DNA from: Psilocybe cubensis
Lineage: Eukaryota
DNA length: 64,000 nucleotides
Direction of reading: 5' to 3'
Assembly: GCA_017499595.2 (NCBI GenBank)
Contig: CM038999.1
Span: 1,550,001-1,614,000 of the forward strand
The notes under the pieces are model-generated. The model saw only the letters and a program-made list of their open reading frames with translations, made no database searches and was not told where the DNA came from. Made by a program: the position numbers and the translations under genes. How positions within the stretch are numbered: the first letter of the stretch is position 1; every line of letters starts with the position of its first letter. Below are positions 53,434 to 64,000 of the stretch, piece after piece.

Positions 53434-56041
53434 CTACCGACCAACTAACTTTTCGAGGTCATAACCACCAGAAATTTGGAATTCAGATGCACCCATACTG
53501 GCCATAACACCACCCTGCTTGATAAGGCGACCCTGTGCTCGTACGATGGCTTGCATACGTTTCTCAGCTTCACCACTGTGACTTTTCTCCCAATCTTTTA
53601 CACCCTCTGTTTTGGCTTTATTACTGGCCCGGTGAGTTTTGGTTTGGGCATCATTTTTCTTTTGTGATGGAGCATGGGCAACCTTGACGGATTTTGGAGC
53701 ATCTCGCAGAGCAAAGGCTTTTGCCAAGTGTCCCATATGAAGATTACGGATGTGGAAAATATGTTTTTCACTTGAAGGGTGCGTGGCGTAAGCTCGCATG
53801 TGTGATAAGAAAGCCTTTCGTGCCATGAGTGCATTCTGCGAGAATAATATTGATTGAGCGAAAATAGTTGATAAATATTGAAATCAACTTACCTCTTTAT
53901 TCTGCAGAACCCACCGTTCGAACGCAAGTTGAACCTCTGTCGAACGTTGTTCGTATTCAGACCCTCTTCCTCCAAATCCCGATCGAAGAAGGTCTTCGAC
54001 AGCAACTCCAATCAGCGACACCTTTGAACTGTCGCCTGTCTCTTCGCCTTGCATCTTGTTCTCCGCCCACTTGACCCATTCTACTTCGCTCGGCGCAACG
54101 AAGGCCCAAGCTTCACCACCCTTCCCGGCGCGTGCAGTGCGTCCCACACGATGGACGTACTCAGTAACGCCACCTTCTGTCGGGAGATCGTACTGAACAA
54201 CTGCGCGAACTAGAGGCAGATCTAAACCGCGAGCTGCTACAGAAGTACAGAAAAGAATAGAGGAATTTTCTTGAGCAGGTTTGTTCTTCTTGCCTTGGCT
54301 ACCCGTAAAACCTTTAAGGGCAGCAAGACGTAGATTGTTGGGAAGGGAACCGTGGAGTCGGAAAACTGTGACATCGGGTAAAAGTGAACATTGTGCTTCG
54401 ACCTTGTCAGGATATACTTTAGATGTGGATTTCACATCCCCATCTTCGCTGCTCTCATCGCTCTCATCGTCATCTTTTCCTGCCAATGAATGAGGTTCGG
54501 GACCGGCCATTGAAGACCCAGCCAACAAATTCCAATGGAAGTCAACTGAATCTGTGCAACTGAGAAAGACAATGATTTTGGCTCCTCGTCGCACCTGAGT
54601 TTCTGCAACGAGTTTCCGCAGGAGTGCGATAAGAGAAACTAACCGCAGTTTCAGTGGTACCGTAACGTATTTTTGCGAGAGTTGTGAAGGCGGGGTAAAT
54701 GTTTCGGGATTGGATCCAATGACAAGGGATTTTTCGGGATTCGACGACGTTGTATTGACGTTTTCGTCTTTGTCAAATTCAGTTGCTTTTACCATGAGAG
54801 GATTCGAGAGAGCAGTCCCTGCAAGTTTCTGGACATCCTCCCTAATAGTAGCGGAACATAGGATCGTCCTTCTACGTCGTTCCCAGTCCCACCCACCGAC
54901 TTCATTTGTTTTCCCCTCCTCCATTGCCTGCTTAGCCATTCTGCGCCGTCCGTCAAGACCTTGAATAATACCGGTAATCGTCTCCTCAAACCCAAGTTCC
55001 ATGAGCTGATCTGCTTCATCCAACACCAACCATCGACATTTCCCCACGTTAAATGAGGAAGTATTTTGTAGATGGTCAAGAAGGCGACCAGGTGTCGAGA
55101 CTAGAATGGGGAGGCCTTTACGTAGCCTTGCTTTTTCATGTGTACGCGTTGCTCCACCTACAAGAAGGCCGGAGACTAGCCAGCGTGTTAGTTGAGTCGA
55201 GGTGTCTGGTGAGGTGGTCGATGAGTCCTCAGCACGCAAACGCATTTTCAGAATAGCTTCTAGTACATCAGAGATTTGCTTGGCCAATTCTCGAGTGGGG
55301 GCAATGATTATTGCAAGAGTCCCTATTGATCTATCAATATAGGACAGTGAGCTGAGAGGGAGTAGATCTTGGATGATGGGAAGAAGGTAAGATAGTGTCT
55401 TTCCGGAACCAGTTTGGGACTGAAGAAAAACATCTCGAGAACTTTTTTCGGGTAAAGTCGACAAGAGAGCAGGTAAGGAAGCACGTTGAATGGCTGTGGG
55501 TTTGTGAATGTCCATTTTTGAGGATAGATGCGATATGAGCAAAGGGTTAAGACCAAGTCCAGAAAATGTTGAGGAATCTAGAGGAGCATTGCTTGGTGCA
55601 GTGATTTTGGAGGGTTCAATTGGTCGAGGGGCGGGGGCATCCACTTTGGGATTGTATGAAAATAGAGAAGATATTATCTGAGTAGGTCGTGAAGGCTGCA
55701 CAGGTTGAGCAGCACGCGCCTGTTTCGATGAGTTAGGTTGTACGGTGGGCACCTGCGCGGTAGACTTGGGCTGTGCGCTTTCAATTCGTGCCTTTTTGGA
55801 AGGGCGGTCATTCTCCGAAGATTTAGATACAAGCACGGAAGGCGTTGATTTCTCCTCTGTTCGAGACTTGCGTTTTAATGTACGCTTCTCTTTTAATCTT
55901 TTCAAATAATAAGCAGGGCTACACTTTTTTGATTGAATGAGAAAAATACCTTTCCGTCCATCTTCCACCTTTCTTCCCCAAGCCGGCCTTGATAGATACG
56001 CTATCGTCGGTTGCGATGTTGAGAACAAGGTCATCGTCCAT
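53434..56041 (-). CDS. DBP7: DEAD-box RNA helicase Dbp7 (60S biogenesis)
   Basis: [69 protein letters not shown]; start [19 protein letters not shown] at 56041, followed by an intron. Confidence 0.92.
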
Positions 56042-56247
56042 TCTGCGAGTCTTGAGGGCGCAGAAATAGGCAGTCCCAATCTTAGGGACTTTCTATGCCC
56101 AAAAATGGCTTGAGTCTGACAAAAGATGCTGACTTATTATGTAATAATTCGAGTCAGGTTGAGGTTTTCGTTCTTTGTGTGAAGTGGCAGTTTAGTCGTT
56201 ATTGCAGGGCAATTCCAAACTCTCTCTTCTTTCTAAGTAACTTTTGT

Positions 56248-58091
<1,844 letters not shown>

Positions 58092-58197
58092 AACGTTTAT
58101 CCGCTTTTGTTTTGGGAATGTACACTATACAGTAATAACGGTCGAAAACTGTTTGTATGTATCATAGTATTACTACGAATTTATTGTAGAATAAGCT

Positions 58198-58907
58198 CTA
58201 ATCCTTGCTACCGTCTTCTGGTACATCTTCCATCTGGACAGCGTGTTGTTTCCGGTGGCGAAGAGATTCGGAGCCAAGATCGGTGAGGTCGCGACGACTG
58301 AGCGTTGGTGAAGGGGGTAATGATGCTGCTGGCGAGAACACGCCCACCCCTGACAACTTGAGACTGCTTTCTCCTGCATAGAATACCGCTGGGGGTTGCG
58401 AAGAGAGACCATCGTTCGCTTCCGAGATCGAGTCCGACAAGGGACTACGCATTTTGTTGTGAAGGTTGTGGTCCACACCTGAGTCGGAGTCACTGAAGGC
58501 GGAATCTGAGGCCGGGCTGATGGCACCATTGAGCATGATAGAAGGTGTCTGTAGGTGAACTGTGGCTTTGTCGCTCGTCGAAGCTTTCACGTCATCGACT
58601 ACTCCAAGAGTCCTGGCTATTCCATATGACGCGATGTCCTATAAAATAAATAAAATAAGGCTTCAGTTCAATATATACATGATCCCAATGGGCAAAAAAA
58701 CCGCACCAAAAGTCCGAGAATGATAACTGGCAAACTGATGAGAACGGCAAGCACACGGCACGAATACGCGATTGTGGCCACCCATGAGTCTGGTTCATAA
58801 AACCACAGGTATTCAAGATAGTATGCCCAGATAGTTCCGGGTATTGTTAAAATCGGGATTTGGGAAACCTGGGAGGTGAACTCAGAGGTATAGAAAGTTA
58901 CGTTCAT
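58198..58907 (-). CDS. Hypothetical fungal membrane protein (one intron)
   Basis: MNVTFYT...VLAVLISLPVIILGLL|DIASYGIARTLGVVDDVKAS... spliced in frame to the 130-aa ORF ending at 58198. Confidence 0.7.
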
Positions 58908-59580
58908 GATTGTGAGTTTTCCCGGAATTGTTCTGGATGAACCGGTAGAGAAGGTCGAAACGATGAAATGTTTCGTTGGAGGTGACGCGGAACGGTACTG
59001 TAGTTTTATGAAGGCGTTTTTCTAGACTTGCCTGGAGCTTAAAGGTGAGATGAGTGTAGTCGTTGTTTGAAAACGGAAAAGACATACATAACTGTGAGGG
59101 GATTCCATGAGTATCACATGATCAAGCATTTGATGCAATGGTCATCCGGCCCTCTAGGGGCTACTTGGCTCACGGCGCATAACAAAACAGACAACAAAGA
59201 GTTCATCAAGCAGTAAATTCATATCTCACCAAATCATCGAAACAAATAATTGAGGAACAAACTTGCATGAAGCGATATCTTCTTAATCCTGCTTTGATTT
59301 TGAATTTTTTGCGGTAAACAATTGATAATTTTGTTTACACTGTCTATGGAGGTTCGTTAAACTTCATTCCGTGATAGCAATGACATGCGTCGAGCATGGG
59401 TAGCAAAAAGGGGGGATATAGGAATAGAAGTGAGGTATCATGTCCGATCTAAGAATACATGGGCGAGAGATGCAAACGAAATAACAGAGTACAGATCCAG
59501 CAAAAAAAAAAGATATGAAAAACAACACATGCTGAAACAAATGGCGAATAAAACAACGACGAAAGCAATGCATAGAAAGA

Positions 59581-62500
59581 CTAGGGATATGTGGTGTTCG
59601 ATGGGAAAACGACACCGTCCGATCGGATGAGGATGATCGGTCGTCGCTTGACGATCTGTGACTCTGGTGGGAGACAACCCAGAACCTCGGTGCAGCGAAC
59701 CTCGACGTAAGGCGACGGCTCCGAGCCAAAGAAGACACTGACAGGATCGGTCTTGGAGAAGTTCTCGCCGTAAACGGTGAGCATCTTTGAAGCATGGGGG
59801 TTGGGTTTTGAAAGAACAGCTCGTGACGATGCACAATTTGATTTTGGTGCCTCTGCAGCACGATCGGGGGGAAGGTATTTCACGACGCCGGGGAATGGTG
59901 TTACAGGTTTAGAGGGTATAGGGAAAGAACCGGTCTGTGGAGCGTGTTGGTTGTCGAAGAGAATGGGGGGAACGTAAAAGTTGTAGCGAATTTGGTCTAT
60001 TCAAGAAATGTGAGTAGAGTACTTTGATGTAAGTTTAGGTATTCCGACTAACCTGTGCCAACTATTGTCCAGACGCTGGTTTCGCCAATGTCAACTTGCC
60101 AAAGTGCACCTGAGGATGCTCCAGAATCGCTTGAAGATCCACGACGAGAAGAGACGGATCCTGCAGAACTTGGCCTCCTGCGACCTTTACCGACAGATTT
60201 GGTGATACCACCAGCACTTGAATTCGAGCGTTTTTTCTTCATGACACGACCTCCGTCGTTAGAAGTCATGAACTCAGTCGCAGATGGAGACGATGGAGCA
60301 CTATCAACTTTGCCAGGATGAGAGAAGTATTCGTTGGCACTGGAAGGACCCGCGGTCGGCGATATCGGTGAACCTGGCATTGTAGGGGAAGTCGCACCAG
60401 CGCCGTTCGCAGTATTCCATTGACGACCATCGATGGGACGGTACGTGTTAACTTTCTCGCCCATGCAGGACAGGAAGGCGCCAGTAACACCGGGTGTGCC
60501 GGGCTCGGGCATGCCTTTGCTGGGGTCATAGACCTCAAAGGCAATTTTGTGCAGTTGGGACACTGGGTCGCCACATACCTCTCCAGGGGAGCAATAATGG
60601 TCGGCGATACCCTTCGCACCTTCTTGCAGACCACCACCAACAACAGTGGTTTGATGATCAACCTTACGGATAATGAGCACGGGACTAACAACTCCCGAGG
60701 TCAGGCACTGCAAAACGACTGTCTGGTTATAGTATATGGGAATTTGTGAACCATTGTTCGTGAACGGAATGGCGTTAGGCGGAGGTGATGGATAGTCGGC
60801 TTGTGGTGGGGGAGGTGGCGGCGCATCGAGACCTGCGCCTGCAGGCTTGTTGACATCAACGATGTACATGACAAAGGGGTCTAAATCGGTTGTAAATCTA
60901 TGAAAATTTGGGACTTAATAATGTTGCTTACCCCAGCTGGCCGTTCGCGCAATAAACGATGGAGTGGTGGAGCGCGAGCGCTGGTCGAGACCCATCAATG
61001 GAGCGCCATCTGATCCTTTAAACGATGATCCCGAACCCGAAACGCACAGATACTTCGTAGAAACCGTTTGCGAGCGCAAACGATGGAACAGAGAGATAGT
61101 CGAACCATGGTTGATGCAAACTACAAAGTTAACAATAGATTCAACACATCAATCTTTCATTAACAGTTCGGAAAAATTTACTGACGTTCCAAATTTTTGG
61201 CACTCTGCCTCTTTTTGCTAGGTTTGCTGATGACTTTGATTGGTCGGCTTGGAAAGACACCAATTACTCGCTCAGGTTCGTCTTCTGATGCGGGAGCGGT
61301 AATTTTGACAAGCGCTTCCACTTTCTTCTTCTTCTCGTCGACGTCGGAGATAAAGAGCTGTTTGCCGACACAACGTCCGATGTATGTTGTACCAGCAGGA
61401 GGATCGCTAACATCGAAAGACTTTCCAGACGAGCCAGTCCATTCAATCGTGCCCTCTTGTGGAGCAGGTTCCCCGGAGATGGAAACTACTACTCGTGGTG
61501 GACACAATTTTGGTTCTTCTCCCCGGCGAATGACATCTGTCCACCAAGAATTGCCAATCATTATGGCAGTGGGTGGCGGGCAAAGGAACCTGGAAGTTTC
61601 ATATCGTAAACAATGAGGAGATGTCAAAAAACAAAAGACCCTAACCTTTTTTCGGTACCGTAGGACTTCTGTGCGACCTTACTCGACATCACAATCACAG
61701 TTCGTTCACCAAATGCCAGACGATTTGGTGTTCGTACATATTGGTCGAGGAAAGGCCTATTAATTGAAAAGTCAATTGGTTGGTGTTTCGGAATTAGAAC
61801 AGGGTTTTCAGTTACCTAATGAATGTCTGGAGGTCGTTGGAACCCATCATGGGATGGGCCTGAAGCTTCATCCGTGCCAAAGTCTCGTCGACAGCGTGCA
61901 TGCGCATTTCAGAATGCGAATTGCTAAGATAGTGCATATCATCGTAGGGCGATACAGGACTCTCGCGGAAAGAATTGGTTGCATGAGGAGCGACCCCCCG
62001 CATAAGTTCGGAGCCATGACCATTGGACATATGAGAGGGCACAGGCCCTGATCCATGGGTGTAACGATCCGGGGGGAAGCGTCCCAATCGATCGTTGAAG
62101 TGTTGCATGGCAGAAGGACCAAAGGGGAGGCCATTGTTTACGCCAATCGCATAGTCCGAGTCTGGATATTCAGAATGATATCCATTGCTGCCAATCCCAG
62201 GAAGCCTCCGCTCATGGATATCGGCATAGCCTGGAGGTGGGTAGTCCTTACCGGCTACAGAAGGAGGAAATCCTCCTGGATGGTGCAAGTTACTGACAGA
62301 GTCAGAAGGTGTCAATGGGGAGACTTTGCCGCTGCTAAGATTGGTAATAATATCATACGGGTTGCCATTGGATCCATTGAAAGAGGGAACAGAATCAGAG
62401 AAAGACCCATGTGAATAGATGCCCTCCGAGTTCATTCCGAAACCGTGACCCAGGGAAGACGAGGAAGAAGCGTTTGTGCGGTAGCGCTGTGAGGTGAAGG

Positions 62501-62828
62501 AAGTGGGGGAATTGGACTCTGGAAATAGACCGTAACTTGGGTGGTCAGGACCGTCCATTGCTTCTGCCTGGTCATAAGAATGGTGCTGAATATGGCCGTT
62601 CATATGAGGGTGGGTCGGGGAAGAACTCTGATTCTCAGAGCTGTGCATGAACGGCTGGTCAAGGTCGCTCGGAGGATAAATGCTATGGGGTGGCTGGGCG
62701 GTGGTCTGTTGAAAATCAAGCGACATCTTCTTGTCCCTAGAATGAATATGGTCTGGATGGTCCCAACGGGAGAGTTCTGAGAGAGTTGGACGAGATGCAA
62801 CTGGAGAATGTGCAGAATTGTCGTTCAT
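59581..62828 (-). CDS. CSL (CBF1/Su(H)/LAG-1) family transcription factor, fungal type
   Basis: Spliced SKVAQKSYGTEKRFLCPPP, KQLFISD, IKVISKPSKKRQS, beta-trefoil region VSQLHKIAF, WTIVGT, IPT-like YGENF..PIILIRSDGVVFP; long disordered N-terminus. Confidence 0.92.
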
Positions 62829-64000
62829 GCCACCTTCTGATGGCGGTGCGGCGTATGCCGTGTTGTGATGAGCGCTCTTGGGGCAGAAAGAGGAGTTGGT
62901 GGTGAAGCGGCGCTTAGTGGCGGGCAGAGGGATTCTAGGAATCGTAAATGTTGATGGTCTTTTATCAGAACAATACCTTGCGCCGAACTCTATTTCGCCC
63001 GTCTGACATGACCGCGGAATCCGAATGAGATCAGAGATTTACCTCCGTTTCTGTAATGTTGAAGATTTTAGTCACACTGCAGAGATTTCCCCACATTCTC
63101 GCGCCTCTTGCCTGTTCAGCCTATCGGTTTCGTGCGCTTTCCGCCCTTGTTATGCAATGCTCCCCCGCTCCGAAATACTCACCCCAGCCCCCGATTGGTC
63201 TGCCCCCAACATATCCCCCAACACCCACGTGGAACGACGATGCCGAGTGTCGGCGGAAGAACTACACCAATCTCCTCGATCACTTTCCAGATCTTGAATA
63301 GCGTTTCGGCTTTTCCCGACACCGATATGTTTTCCAGGATTTGCATCCATTTGCTTTGCGCCAAACTCCTGGCGGTCCACCGATCCTCCTCTTCCCCCTC
63401 AGGTCCAAGGTCCTTACTCGACGTCCTCTGAACTTCTTATAGCCACCGTCCTCTCTCTCCAGAGCCAGCCATTTCTCCCCAGCGTCGATCCACTGCACTA
63501 CATACCATACCTCTACTTCGGCCCCATTTCATCTACACAATAAATGACCTCAATTTCTTGTTTTCATTTTCATTTTCTGCCATAACCGAGCCATTTGTGC
63601 CTGTATTTGATGGAGTGGAGAAAGTGCTCTTTTTGTCCCAGTCTATCAAACGTCTTCATCACAGACTGTTGGCACCTTACAAATATCTTCTCTCAACAAA
63701 CGGTCACAGACTCTCTTCACGGACCCATCCGAGAAGAATGACGGCATGGGGACCGCGCGATTTCAATGTTTATAAAACTAATGCACACATGGCTATATTT
63801 GAGCATGCGTCAGCAGATTGCGGGCGTGCCTACTTCGCCTATTCCTCATTCTTTTTTTATATCCATGCGCTAATTACTGTACTAACCTCATCGTCAAACT
63901 TGGAAGGGACGAGGATGTCCTCTGCATTCTCTATGCGTTGTCTAAAAGACCGGCGGCTTCATAATAGTATATCAGGCTCGCATGACATCCCCGAATGTTG

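Overview
Gene-dense, intron-rich fungal chromosome segment. The gene content (DUF6533 proteins, fungal CSL factor, GH45-C) and ~50-nt introns point to a mushroom-forming basidiomycete (Agaricomycetes; inference). I reconstructed about 24 protein-coding genes by hand from the ORF track plus GT/GC-AG splice signals. In order: Ap4A phosphorylase, PTC7-like PP2C, small single-pass protein, dihydroxy-acid dehydratase, PEX5, Bud4/anillin-like, a duplicated DUF6533 + aldo-keto reductase module around a stop-interrupted membrane gene, RING/TRAF protein, BAG protein, Pbs2 MAPKK, Ile-tRNA synthetase, Snu23, Erd1, formate dehydrogenase, Gcn5, GH45/expansin-like, cyclophilin B, Dbp7, Esa1, a hypothetical membrane protein and a CSL factor. 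I recognised no rRNA, tRNA, CRISPR array or transposon. The most interesting signals are in RNA processing: (1) an apparent [D1,2] stwintron (intron nested in the donor of another intron) in FDH; (2) a 1-nt exon needed to keep a frame at 24619; (3) two abutting introns with a zero-length exon in GCN5; (4) an intron-retention switch in cyclophilin B between a soluble ER (HAEL) form and a membrane-anchored form; (5) at least six GC-AG introns. Also notable are a 35-bp head-to-head BAG/PBS2 spacing, a PP2C with both an MTS-like N-terminus and a PTS1, and a DHAD without a mitochondrial presequence. All exon boundaries are manual predictions, unconfirmed by RNA data, and family names come from motif recognition, not database searches.
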